From assembly GCF_008831285.2 (NCBI RefSeq), contig NC_045138.2:10850001-10914000 (forward strand): DNA of 64,000 bases, in the 5' to 3' direction. Each line of letters opens with the position of its first letter. The stretch's first letter is position 1. Positions 1 to 13,226 of this stretch are shown here, one piece after another. The notes beneath the pieces are model-generated. The model saw only the letters and a program-made list of their open reading frames with translations, was not told the origin of the DNA and did no database searches. The translations under genes and the position numbers were made by a program. Origin of the DNA: Nymphaea colorata. Its lineage: Eukaryota.

Positions 1-509
1 TTTCTTCTTTCAATACTTTAATTATATGAAGTAATTAAAACAAGTGGGATCAGCTTAAAGGAGCTTACTTACCTGACCGTAAGTTCGCTTACTCAATTTA
101 AATGGGTCAAGCCAGAACACAGCTCAACTCTAAGCTCGTACAATATTTAAAGTTTAATCGAACTACATATTGAGCTCACATGGTAAGTGTTCTCAGTTTT
201 AGCTGAGCCCACTTTATGGCAAGCAAACTAAATTCATGGACTCGATCCGACATCAAGTTGACAAAGCACCCACATTACACAGAGGGGCTCGACAGGACGG
301 ATTGACTCTGCAATTCCAAGTGCTTATATGCACCGTTCGGAGTAAAAAGAAATTGGTCAGTATACCTTAAAAATACAAAGGGTTAAAAGAAAGGGGAAAA
401 AGTGAAAAGTCTAAAGAATATATATATTTTTTGAAAAATCTCTAAAATACCAAACTTCTTCCCTTTTTTTTTTTAACGTATATATCAGCTGTGTGGTGCA
501 CTCACCCTC

Positions 510-720
510 CAGGGGCAGAGCCAATTTTTTTATGAAGAGATCAAATTATAATTTCAAAATTTTAACAAGAGCCAAAATATAATTTTTTTAAATTTTTATA
601 CAAGATAAATGAATTTTTTAAATATATATATATATATATATATTAATTTTGAGATGAAAGGTGGTGGGGGGTGGGGCTCTAAGCCCCTCGACCGAACACA
701 TATTGGGTGAGCTCGCCACT
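510..720. mobile_element. Short MITE-like element (hAT-type termini)
   Basis: Begins CAGGGGCAGAGCC and ends GAGCTCGCCACT (degenerate inverted termini) with an AT-rich interior. A similar terminus, CAGGGGCGGAG, occurs at ~22720. No TSD confirmed. Confidence 0.45.
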
Positions 721-803
721 TTGTTTAATCTTCTATTTTATCTTCATAAGTTGGTTCTTTTTCATTCTTTTCAAGGGCGTTCGGCACCCGAATATGTTTG
801 GGC

Positions 804-1062
804 TTAAATATTTAACCAGCTTCGCAATTTATGCCTGGGAATTTTTTCAAAATGACAAGGCAAGGTTTGTGCTTCACGATAGAGAGACCATACAGGATGA
901 AATGCAGAAGGGAAACTGAGAAGTATCTTACGAGCACGTTGGTTCGGGGCGAGGTCGGTAATCTTCTGAGAAGGAAGACTTCTGATTCTTGCCGGCCCCC
1001 GTTCTCTTTTTTCGGGCGCTCTCGTCGCTTTTCCTGTCAAAGCAGCAAACGGTGTCAATAAC

Positions 1063-1157
<95 letters not shown>

Positions 1158-2134
1158 GTTGGTAAAAAAAAACCATACTAGGTAAATGACAAAAACTAGA
1201 CCTATTAAAATTAATTATTAAAATATTGTGTTTGCAATCTGTAAGGTTATAGATATAATTTTAAAAGTAATTATGTGATAAACATATATTAACTTAGTCA
1301 ATTTCTTACATCAATAATGTTTTTTAATAACAAAAAATAAATGACTCTTATAACATCAAAATTGTGGATAAGTTTGACTTTTTTTTGACAAAAATTATCT
1401 GAATTAAAGCACCATTTACATTAAATTAGTGTTTATAAACATATTAAAAGGTTCACATTTTGTTTATAACACTTTTAATACACTTTATTCAAGCATTGTT
1501 AAAGCAACCTGATCTTAAAGTGTGATTTGATGTAAAACATACATTAAGTCCATCAGCTTTTGAGTTTAGCAATTCACTCAGTTTCCTGTATATAAAAAAG
1601 AAATTGTATAACTTGGAGAACTTAGGTGTTTGATTACTTGGGATTTCAAATCCATTCATTTGATTTGGATCTGATATGACAAAAGATCCAATGTAAAATC
1701 TTTGGTTCATTAAACTAGGGATATTACTTCAACCTAAAATTGATACTTAAAAGATCCGTATGTTCTTCTTTGCATTGAAAAAATGTGGGATTTAAGATTA
1801 AAAAAGAAGTTTTGCTGTTAAACCCACTATTGAAGTTCTCAAATCCAAGGCTATCAATTAAAACTGAAACTATTGAAATTATAAACATAAAAATGCTTTT
1901 CAACTGGTTATCTATTACGAATAACCTTTTGTTAAGTTGGCATGTATTGATCAATCAGATTTTTTTCATGCGCAATATATATATGTGTGTAAACTAGTGA
2001 ATTGTGACTCTAATTATTCAGAATTACTCAACCATCTAATCAGGATTGTATTTCTAATGTCATCACTTTTTTTTTCATTTTTTTTTAACCATTTTATCAT
2101 GATGAATCACATGGTCTGGTTAGATGATTGGGTG

Positions 2135-2189
<55 letters not shown>

Positions 2190-3193
2190 GAGAGAGGATT
2201 ATAAAACAATGTGAGTAAGTATTTAAATTTATGCAAAATATCAATGTATAGACCGAGTAAACATTAGTACAAGGATGAAACCGCCAAGCGTATGAATATT
2301 ACAAAATATAAAAAAAAGGGGGAGAAGAGAGAGATTACCAGGTATTGCCGCCGGCATTTTGGTTCCAAGTTGAGCTACCAGACGTGCCGCGTTTGGCGCT
2401 AGAGACCTCCATTCTGGCGACGTTGTTCTCATTGACGGCCACGTCTTTCTCTTCTCTGCACGCAGAGGAAATCTTGCTGCCGCCATGAGCATGCGTCACC
2501 GTGGAGTCCTTCGTCTCCACAGCGCGACAGGTGAGCAAGTTCTTCAGGAACCGAGAATATGCTGCACCAGAGGCGGCGCCACCGGACGAGCAACCATTCC
2601 TCCTACGGCGCGAGCTGCCGCTCTTCGTCCTCCTCCCCCTCCCCTCGGCCGATCCATGCCCTCTTCCTTCTTCCTTCTGATCTGTTATTTTCTGCCGTTC
2701 CCCATCTGCACCGCCTTCTTCCATGAGGATCTCTTCATGATTCTCTTGCCTCGACTGATCCGTCGATCGAGCCTTTGAGCGGCGCGTGCTTGTCTGCATT
2801 ACCACCATTGAATCATGATTGTCTTCGTCATCATCGTTTTGAATGGTTGATGAGTCTGATAACGAATCGATGGTCCTAGCAGATGCTGCTCTAGACTGTC
2901 TCCCCATCGACGCAATGCCAAATGGGTTCACGTTGTCGCTGTTCATGGAATTGACGGCGCTCAGGTGTCCGTGGCCGTCTTGGTGCCTCTTGCTTGCTAA
3001 TGATTCGCACCTCATTTCGTCTGCCGATACATCTGATCCGGCGACCTGGGATGATCTTCTGCTCCCGCTCGGTCCCACCTCCATACTCGGATGTTCATGA
3101 GTAGTACTGTGCCCATTATCAGATGGGCAGACCTTAGGTGTGATCATGGTGTTCTCTGCAACAACCGGTTCAGAAGCTATCATGTTTATAGGG

Positions 3194-3249
<56 letters not shown>

Positions 3250-5040
3250 GAGTTCTTGCACATTGAGAGCTCATATTTCTGCATTTTCTGAAGCAAATCA
3301 GAATCTGCACATGAATTGGACATGGTAAATAATAATATTCATATTGTACTAGACCTTAAATCATTTCTGAAACCAAAAGAAAATTGTCCTTTCCTTTTCA
3401 CATTGGGAAGAAATTGCACATACATCTCGAATTTCTTTTGTTCAATAATTGATCTCAGCCAAAAGGAACCATGAATATGATGATTCCATTCATGTGGTCT
3501 GATTAATATCAAGCCAAGGAAGGATCTGCACTAATATTTTTGCTCTTTCGTCAAAGAGTTCATTTTAATATTATCAGGATCTTTAATCAAAACAGCAACT
3601 GATTTAGCAGTTCCTCTTTGAGGGCATGTCTGTGTGGGCAGGCACTTGCGTGCCTGTGTGGTTGATAGAATTGTGAGCCTTGATTTGAAGGCCAATCAGT
3701 TTGCAACACCTGATTATGCACGTGCTCTTAGCTTTTTCATATACAATCAAGTTTTCCTTGTAAGGCATATAGTGGCCGGTGGTTAGAGTGCCCTCTTTAT
3801 CACCCTATAAAGGCACCCACTTTGTACTGTGACACCCACTCAAATGTTGTATTCTTGATAAGGAGAGAGTACTCAATTAGCTACTCTGTTCGAGACTGCT
3901 ATAACCCCCATTGACATGGTGATCCTGATCAATTGCCAGATATTTTGCCTTTTTGGAGGGTACCCACATGGCTATTTCATCTTTGGAGGGTTCATTTTCT
4001 TCCAAAAGAGAAGAACATTAAACAAAGCAAAACAAAATATAGTGTTGTAGAGGATATAGACTGTAGGGAAGCATGATATCATCTGTGGGACTTTGGCCCA
4101 AAAATGTAGTGAACTCTTACCAGGTGATGAGGCTGCAGGAATCTCCGATCCCTTGAGTACGTACTCGTTATCAGATAGGGCGGCGATCAGGTCATCGTCG
4201 TGCAAGTCTTGCCAGATATAACCTGTCTTGTACCTCCTACATGGATTTGAGGGCAGCAAATGTTTCGAATGAGAACCAGCAGAGAAATTAATCCACCACG
4301 GATGATCAGCAAAGAATGTTCGCCAGTGAGAAGATTGTACGAATGAAAGGAGAGAATAAGATAATTAATGTTTTCAACATTTCCAAACACAAGAAAATTT
4401 TCCATATTGTGCTCAAGAATGAGTAACATTAATGCGTTCTTCATTTGAGGAGATGGGGAAATCTTCAACATGAGAATTTTTCCATAAAGTTAAGAAATAT
4501 AAAAAATTTATCTCAAACTTTCATGAAAAAACCATACAAGGTTTCATCTCTTACGAGTGCTCCATGACCAGGATCATCACCTTTTATTAGACCAGGAGAA
4601 AGAGTTGGGCATGTCCTTCCCCCTCACGTCCGAGAGCCATTTCTTGACATCTGCAGAAACGCCAACAGCAAAATGGCCAAACATCACAAGATCGAACCTC
4701 ATAGTTCTACCATCTCGATTCATGAACAGATTATTCAGCTAGAAATGAGGCTCAGAAACTCTGTTCTGTCTCGTGATTCTACCATCTTGTGAAGAAACCA
4801 GACATGAGATCATGCCCACATCAAATTTTGTCAACCAGCTGCAACAGGATCGTTCTTACCTTTCAACCTAACTCCATTGCTGGAAATGGGGGGTTGGATG
4901 CGAATGAGATGAGGATGTTCAACCCTCCCTTTCCTGCTCAAGAAATAAACGACATGGATGTTCCTCCCCGCCTGATCACCGTTCAATCTACCACCACCTA
5001 CTGCCTCCTCCTGATCAATGGCGAACGGCTGTCTCTCCAT
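804..5040 (-). CDS. SOK: SOSEKI / UPSTREAM OF FLC family protein (DUF966, N-terminal DIX-like domain), SOK1-like; 5 well-supported exons plus a tentative 6th
   Basis: Exons 5040-4860, 4650-4581, 4236-4121, 3155-2339 and 1033-932 have GT-AG boundaries with compatible phases; 834-804 is a tentative terminal exon. The spliced protein contains [21 protein letters not shown]...[46 protein letters not shown]...[10 protein letters not shown] (DUF966 DIX-like domain), [15 protein letters not shown] (CG-motif region) and [12 protein letters not shown] (start of the zinc-finger region). The 3' end is uncertain. Confidence 0.9.
1069..1156. repeat. Compound (TA)n(GA)n microsatellite in SOSEKI intron 4
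   Basis: Directly visible. A second (TA)n(GA)n tract lies at ~2135-2195 and a (CT)n tract at ~3198-3246. Confidence 0.95.
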
Positions 5041-7479
5041 CAAAACCAATCCCTTTGGGCTATGCTACTCACCTCTTAGACCTCCCAAAGTCTGCAAATA
5101 CGTAACGTAGAAGAAGAAGATAACTCGAAAGAAGCTAGAGAGAGAAGCATTGTTTCCTTTTTCTTCTCTCTCTCTTTCTCTCCTTATATGAGAAATTTAT
5201 GCTGTTAATGATAAAAGTTGACCGTTTCACCGCCTGACGCTGATGTTGCCTCCTCCTTTCGCGCTGGGAACGATTGCACCCCTTGAATTCCTCCAGCACA
5301 AACCACTCCGCCTAGATCATTTATCTTTCTTGCCTGGGAAAAATTTCCTTTCTTTTGGGGTCGCTTCTCTTTTTACTGCAATTCTCAAATGGACACCCGA
5401 AGTTTTTTATTTATAGACTGCTGCCTGGTAGCATTACAACTTTTTTTTAACCTTTGGGTGAGCAAAAGGAAAGCCCACTTTTGTAAAAATGGTTGTTGGG
5501 AGACTGACAAAGAGATCTAAATTCCTTATATTATTCATCCCAAAATTTGTTAGTTAAAACCCAGTTGAGCAGGACACCATGAGAGTCATTGGAGTGCCAA
5601 CCTGACCCACTCACATGTTGTGATTGTATAAGAGAGAATACCTGAACAATTCAGTTCGAGTACCCTAACCTTAATTTCTAGTTGACTAGATTGCAAAGAA
5701 TACGTTCACTTAAATTTAGTTTTTTTTTTTTTTATGTTCCTTTCAAAGCCTTTTAGTTTTATTAAGTTAAACCAATATATTTTCAAACTTGTCAAAAATG
5801 ATTTGGAGGCTTTTGAATGGCAATTTTAATTAGACGTCTCTTTGTTTAAGATGTTAGGTTTCAATCTATAGTCGTTGTCACACTCTTGTGTGTTACACCT
5901 TTGAGTTGTAAACGACAACTAGCACAATACTTGAGTTGAAAGATGTACCATAAGTTCAACTAGCTCAAAACCATAAAAGTATAGCTTTGGGGGTTTTACA
6001 CCATGAGCAGCATCCCTAAACAAACATTGAGAAAAAGATATTCCAGAATAAGTGTTTAGCCGTTTCAAGAAAAATTCACAAATATGAAGCCTTTTTTGGG
6101 AAATTGAGACAAAGAGTTGCATTTATATAAATGACAACTTATCCTCTCTCTTTCCTTACGTGCACCACCTACAATTACCGGAAGACTTGCTTTCCTTTGC
6201 TTAATGGCTTCTCCTTGCTTTCCTTTGTGTTATCTTCTTCGCTTCACTGATCGATCGTAAACTATAGCAACATTTCACCACCAATATGCATGATTACCCT
6301 AAAGTGACCCTCTTTTTTGTAGTATAAAGGGTTGATGCCCTTAACACTTGAATTGAGGACTGGCCACATGTGTTGTGCTGCTGCACCAACCTCCTCATGG
6401 TTAACTCAAGTTGGCCATCTGACGCCAATTTTAACAACAGTATCTTACTCGCTACTGAAACACATCTAATCTAGAAAATAATGATGAACAAATTAATTAA
6501 TTAATTAGATATTGGTCCCTAGCAGTATGATGAAACAACAAGAGCGACGTACCAGATGTTAGTAATCATGCATTGGGACTAACTTGACAAAATTAACCCC
6601 TTCTCAACAGAACCCCAGCAGGTCATCATCATCCCACTTAAAGACAAGTGCGTCCCGCCAGACAACTAATTAATGAAAATGGCTTACAATGCATGTTTGG
6701 TGGCCCATCTAATTTGGAATTTCTCCACGGAAATAAGATTAGTTAGTGCAAATTAAAATTTTACAAATGTCATATACTCCTTTATTTCTTGGAGAAATTT
6801 TGGTTATTTATCATGCTTGTGGGAAAGAGAATTGAAGACCAAAATGTGTATGATCTGAGGTCAAGGCAATGCATTTCGGAAAGGACAGCCGATATATATA
6901 TATAGAATTTCTCTCTCTCTCTCTCTCTCTCTTTATATATATATATATATATATATATCGGCTGTTGAATGTTGTAGGATAGTTAAGCACTTAAAAATTG
7001 TGGCGAAATGCACCATAAACTGTTGTTAAAATCACCATAATTGTCAGTATAACATAAAATGTTTCTAATGCTTCCATTTCGTTAAGTTTTCAGTGCCAAT
7101 TTTCAAATATTTGACCATCCAGTAACATGTAGCAGCTGGTTGACTACTCACACATGCAGCTCTATAAAAGATACCCAGATAGACTGATGGCCGAAGGAAT
7201 CCAATAACACTATTTATAGAGAAATTGAAATCAGTGGCTACGTTTGTGGCTAGATGGTTATTTTTTGTTTAATGTCACTAAAAATGGTCACAAAATAAGC
7301 ATTTGCACTGGCCAACTACTTAATCATGGTTTTTAGCAACAGAAGATATCTATTGCCATAGCTTTTAGCGTCATAAAATAAAAAAATAGCCATATGATCA
7401 CAAAGGTGGACAGCTGGTTTCAATTATATATATATATATATATATATTATGTACTTTTTCACATTGCTATATCGTAATC

Positions 7480-10400
7480 ACCAGAATTGTCAGCATGCTT
7501 CGAAACAGCTCGCACGGTAGAGGAAAAATACCGACGACTGCACATCACCAGCAAGAACTGGTCTAATGCCAAAATCGTTCAGCGATGTCAGATGAAAGCA
7601 GGAACTCTTCCTTATGCAGCGAGTAGGACCAAGAAGAGCAACCTACCTCGATAGGTTGTGAGACATCTAACGTCCAAGCAAACAAGGGAAAAGTAGCGTC
7701 AGGGCATCTGCTTTCATTGCCATCGCCCATGGGCACTAAGGCATAATTCCTCCTCCTAACGAAGAAGAAGAATCTCCCACTGCCGAAGATACCACAGCCC
7801 ATGCAAAAGAGGCACCACTAGAGATCTCCCTGCATGCGCTTGCAGGGGATGAGGTTCCCCAATTTTTGAGGATTGAAGGGTGACTGCGTGGTAGAAAGGT
7901 AAGTGTGTTGATCGACATTGGATCAACACACAACTTCATTTGTGAGAAATCCGCCTGTGCTTTGGGTGCAGTGTGGAGACGCAGCCCATTTTCAATGTGG
8001 TAGTTGGGGAAGGTAGGAGCCAACTTGGTCTTGGGCATCCAATGGTTGCCCAACATTGGAAAAGTGGTTTGGGATTTTGTTGGCATGAAGGGTTCCACGG
8101 GCTATGAGAGGAGAGATGAACACTAACGGCAGCTCCTAGGCCAAGAAAAATCAGCCATGCGTCTACTCAAAGGACCTGTAGCTACTTTTCTGCTACTTTT
8201 CAAACATGAGACCAGTGAACCCCGACCACAGTGGACAGACCCCTGTATCCCAGCCCTGGATGGCCAACTCCTGGCGACATGATCATCACATAGGATTACA
8301 ACAAGGGAGGAACCGGTGAAATCTAGGCCTTACTGCTACAGTTGAACGCAGAAGGAAGAGATGCTGGAATAAGAGGTCATTCAATCAAGTAGGAGCCCTG
8401 TTGCATCCCCTGCCCTATTGGCCAAGAAGAAGGACAATATCTGGCAGTTTTGTATTGATGACTGTGCTTTGAATGCTATCACCATTAAGGACTGGTATCC
8501 CATCCCTGTGGTGGAGGAATGGAGGAACTGCTGGATGGACTGGGGGGAGCATTTCTCTTTTCTAAACTAGATTTGCGCTCCGATTACCTTCAAATCAGGG
8601 TAGCAGTAGAGGGCAACCCCAAAACTGTCGTTTATACTCACGATAGACACTATGAGTTTCCAATCACCTTTCAATCACTGATGAACGACCCGTTTTGTCC
8701 TCATATGTGACACTTTGTTTGAGTGTTTTTCGATGATATCCTCGTTTATAGCTTATAGCAGGGACAAGGCAAACCACATACAACACTTATGAACTGTGCT
8801 CAATGTTTTACATCAGAACCAGCTTCACATTAAGACCTCTAAATGTTTAGCTTCACATTAAGATCTCTAAATGCTCATTCAGAATGAGGCAGATCTCATA
8901 CCTAGGCCACGTAATCAGTCAGGGTAGAGTTAGCATGGAAGGAGAAAAAATTGAGGCCGTAAAGGAATGCAGAACACCCAAATCAGTGAGAGAACTGTGT
9001 GCATTCTTGGGCTTCACGGGATATTAGTTTGTCCACGGATATGGCACAATAGCTGCACTCCTTACTAAGATGACAAATAAATGAAAATTTGCGTGGACTG
9101 AGAAGGCATATCAAGCGTTCCAATAGTTTAAACAGGCTGTCACCACTGCGCCTATATTACAATTACCCAACTTCTAACAACCATTCATTGTGGAATCGAA
9201 TATGTCAAACCAGGCATGGGTGCTATCTTGAGTGAAAACAGCCACTCAATAGCCTATTTCAATAAAGCCATGGGCATCACCTTCAGCAGGCCAGCCTATG
9301 GAAGGGAGTTGATTGCCGTTGTCCTTGCCGTCCTCAAGTGGAAGCATTACCTCTTGGGATAGCAATTCGTGGTGCTAACTGACCATCAAAGGCTCAATTA
9401 TTGCCTACAATAACCAGTGCCTGATACCGACACTGCAGAAATGGCTTCTCAAGTTAATAGGCTTCGACTTTGATGTACACTTCTGTAAGGAAAAAGAAAA
9501 TGCTGCAGCCGACAGCCTCTCTAGGTCAGTACCACCACCGATGCCCAACCTGCTAACTCTGTCTCAAATGCAGGTTCAACTATACGATCATATCCTACGA
9601 GCACATCAAAGTTGTTTCAGTTCAACAACTAAAGACCAGTTAGCAGCCAATCGTCTCAAGGTATACGACTACAAATAGAAATCCCCATATTTGTATCATA
9701 GAGTACGCATTTATGTACCAGCAAAAGCATCCTTACCTCAAGTGCTCTTGGAGCACTATCACAATGATAGAGTTGCTAGGCATGAAGGAGTGGAGGCCAC
9801 TTATAGAAGGATGCACCAAACTTTCTATTGGCTAGGGATGAAGCAATCTGTCAGGAATTTCGTGCTAACCTGCAATGTCTGCCAAAAGAACAAATACAAA
9901 ACTATGAGGCTAGCTAGACTGCTACAGCTCCTTCCCACACCTGAGCTCATATGGGATGATATCCCTATGGATTTTGCATAATAACTAACCTCGTCTAGAG
10001 GCAAATTAGTCAAATTGTTGTGGTAAACTGCCTCTCAAAATACGCCCATTTTGTAGCCCTGTCTCATCCTTATACCTCCAAGACTGGCGACTGCTTTCCA
10101 AGAAAACGTGGGAAAACTTCATGGAATGCCACAGACAATAACTAGTAAGAGGGACACCATTTTCTTCAGCAACTTTTGGAAGGAGTATTTTCGCATGCAG
10201 GGCATAACATTGCATATGAGCACCACCCATCACTCACAGACTATGGGCAAACAGAGGTCGTAAAGCTTTGTCTTGAAACATACTTGTGATGTTTTGTAGG
10301 TCAGAAACCCCGATTGTGGGTAGATTACTTATCATTGGCAGAGTCTTCTTACAATACCAGCTGGCATTCATCCACCAGAACCATCCCTTTTGAAATTGTC

Positions 10401-11272
10401 TTTGGCAGGCCCCCTCCTGACATTCGTTGCTACCAACCAGGGACTGCTAGGGAACAAGAAGTTGATACTCGACTTAGGTGTTGTGATGCAGTCCTTAACG
10501 ACTTAAAGGAGCACCTAGCAGCAGCTTGCAATCAAGTGGTCCTCCAATACGACCGCAGATATCACGAGCCACACTTTGAAGAAGGGGATTAGGTATACTT
10601 GCAGAGACCCACTCACGGTGTAGGGTTTCGCCTACCCAAAGGATACAATAAGCTGGCCCCTCGCTACATCAGACCTTATAAGATTATTATGAAGATTGAA
10701 ACTTTAGTCTATGAACTGCAGCTCCATGAAGGAAGTAACATTCATCCTGTCTTCCAAGTCTCAAAACTGAAGGTTTGCTCCCATCCACCCAATCTGGATG
10801 CAGTAGCCTCTCCTTCGATTGTTGAGGACCAGACCACACCTGAACCCTTCAGACGGGCATCCACAAGAATAGTAACAACAATGGTTCCCTACATCACTAA
10901 ATAACTAATTGAATGAAGTCGCCAGGAAGACATGCTACAACCTGGGAACCTGTGGAGGAGATTGCCAGGCGCTTTCCAAGTTTCACACCTTGAACACAAA
11001 GTGTTTCCAAAGGGGCAGATACCGTTAGGTGCAGACCTGACAATGCCTTGTTCATGTCTTTATGTTTTTTGTTTTGTGTTAGTTTTGTTTATGTGCAACA
11101 CTCACAGGCAGTTCAGGGGTCGGGTCATTAGTTAGGTCATGCAATAAACCCACCCACTTGCACAGATACGTATATGTAGCTCTTAAGGGGAATTTAAACC
11201 CTAAGAAATAAATGAGATTACTATCGAAGCTGGGCTTCATGTTACCTGTGTCTTTAAGACAGAACTATAACA
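7480..11272 (+). mobile_element. Degenerate Ty3/gypsy chromovirus-type LTR retrotransposon (gag C-terminus, protease, RT, RNase H, integrase, chromodomain remnant, 3' LTR); 5' LTR not found
   Basis: Motifs interrupted by stops and frameshifts: EISLHALAG...VLIDIGSTHNFI (protease, ~7820-7940); SPALLAKKKDNIWQFCID, FSKLDLRSDYLQIRV, VFFDDILVYS (RT); WLGMKQSVRNFVLTCNVCQKNK, IWDDIPMDF, GPY/RPY-type GPY/F motif (integrase); TWEP...HLEHKVFPKG (chromodomain remnant). A purine tract AAAGGGG is followed by a putative LTR at ~11021-11272 ending TAACA. The order PR-RT-RH-INT is that of gypsy elements. Confidence 0.9.
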
Positions 11273-12580
11273 TAGAGGGAGGCTGATAGCTGCTTGGTAG
11301 CTATCACACTCTTACACAAGTCATATGCTACTTTGAGACATTCATTATGAAGTTTTTTATAGTTAGGCTACGCAAGCAGAGTTGCATGTGTTTTACGATT
11401 TTATGTATTGATTATAGAACATTATATGACCAAGTTGTGAAAAATAGATACTTTGTTGCAGCTTTATGTTATCTATATGTAGGTACATCTACAAAGAGAG
11501 AGGGAGAGAGAGAGAGTCAATCCCAATTCATGTTTTCAGAAGTGTGCATCCCATGCTTCAATGGGTTTAGAAGTGTTCATGTGACAAAGTGGATTAGATT
11601 CATCTTTTGCTGTTATTTCCACTTCTTTTGTACCTTTCTATTTTGATGAGATCGGCAATGGAGCTGGCTTATCAGAGAGCTTCCAGAAAACGTGGCACTT
11701 GAGCTTTTGGGATTGCACGCTTTTTAAAATTTGGTCAGTCTTTAATCACCCAAGCCATAAGGTTTGTTGGATGCAACATGCATAATAAATATTAGTGGAT
11801 GCAGCAGTTCATTGAATTCTTGAAGAGCTGCTATAATTGATTGGCTTTCATGTTACATGTCTTATATGTAGATGAAAGGAGTCATTTTGCTAACAAGATC
11901 AGGGCTCTTAAACATTTGAAAGCAAAACTACTTGTACTTACAGATCCGCAGAAAGTATCTGATATCACAAAGATTTCTATAGATGGCTGGCATTCGTGAC
12001 CTTTGGCAGGAAGAGACACAGACAGCTATGTACATCATTAGGTTTGTACGTTTATTATGGAGCTATTTGGTAGTGGCAGGCCTACGGACATTGATGTTGG
12101 TTCCTTTTAGATGCATAGTGCTAAGGTCATTCTCAAATGTCCATGCAGTGGTTGTTAACCTGTGGAACTCATCAGACCATCAAATTGTCTTCCATGTTTT
12201 CATGTTTAATACTGTTTTCTGATAATCCTGTTCTAGTTGAAAATGGTGAATGTTGATACTAATTGGTTGGTGTTGTTTTGTTCAGGTTTGGGTTACCAAG
12301 AGAGAGAGTTAGAAAGTGGGACTTGTTGCCCTGGAGAAGCTGAAGCTTGCAGTTAGTTGGTCATTTTTTTCATCCCCAAGTGTCAGGGTTATTTTTGTAA
12401 TAGCTGATGCTTGATGCTAGTTAGCTTCTAGCAACAAAGAATGCGTATGGGATCCCTAAAAAGGTGATGCATAATGTATTTAATGTTAATGTTTATCTAC
12501 TTGTTGTGTTATTGGATGTACATGAGTTGTATCTAAAAGGATTCTACCGTGTTTTATGTACTGTTTTTTTTTTAAATATT

Positions 12581-13226
12581 GAAGGCTATTTCGTCACGGC
12601 TATAGCCATCTATACCGGTGATTTAATCACCGGTATAGTGACTGTACCGACCATTATAGAGCTGCACAACAAGTCGAGTCCCTCTTACTCGAAAAAACTC
12701 GGTTCGTGTTCGACTCGTTTACAAATGAGTTGAGTTCGAACTTACAAAGATACTTGAATGATAAACAAGTCGAGTTCAAGTTTCAGGAACTCGACTTGTT
12801 TGTACTCGACTCGACTCGCAAATGATTATATAATACTTCCAAAACCGATTCACTGGTTTTAACTTTTAGGGTTTAAAAAAAAACCACAAGTTACACGAGT
12901 TAAACACGTTAATGCTTGCACGAGTTAACACCTAAATGAGTTAAACGAGTCAAGTTCGAGCTCAATTTTGTGTAGTCGAGTTTGAGCTTTGCTATAAGGA
13001 GCTTGACTCGAGTTCGAGCCGAGCTCAATGTCGAGTTTTTTGAGCCGAGTTGAGCTCGAGCTGGTCAAGCTCGGGCTCGATTCGGCTAGTGTGCAGCCCT
13101 ACCGGCCAGCACATGTTCACCGTGCGAAAGGCTTAACAACAGAAGCAGTACCGGTGGTCTCAAAGGTGAAAAATTTTGGCTATAGCCCGGGTAATACTGG
13201 TGCAAGTTATCCACGGTATAGCCTTG
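12581..13226. mobile_element. Non-autonomous TIR element that hosts a nested MITE
   Basis: Termini (G)AAGGCTATTTCGT...ACGGTATAGCCTTG are imperfect inverted repeats. No TSD recognised. Confidence 0.45.
12657..13101. mobile_element. hAT-like MITE with CGAG/CTCG subterminal repeats
   Basis: TIRs TAGAGCTGCACA / TGTGCAGCCCTA (1 mismatch) and dense GAGCTCGAGT-type subterminal repeats. A possible degenerate 8-bp TSD is CCGACCAT(TA)/CCGGCCAG. Confidence 0.7.

Noticed and set aside
3156..3261. Poly-RE N-terminus ([11 protein letters not shown]...) of ORF 2335..3261
   Set aside because: It comes from an intronic (AG)n tract. The phase-compatible acceptor is at 3155 and an in-frame TGA lies just upstream of 3261.
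11640..12360. Exon-like segments with AG/GT signals (also 14040-15310 and 18345-18586)
   Set aside because: The frames I checked contain stops and I recognised no protein family. They could be UTR, lncRNA or pseudo-exons but are not supportable from sequence alone.
12660..13090. Short GAGCTCGAG-type repeats (also 23680-24065, 37290-37460, 55430-55770) as CRISPR-like arrays
   Set aside because: Spacing is irregular, there is no constant repeat-spacer structure, the context is eukaryotic, and they sit next to TIRs as typical hAT subterminal repeats.
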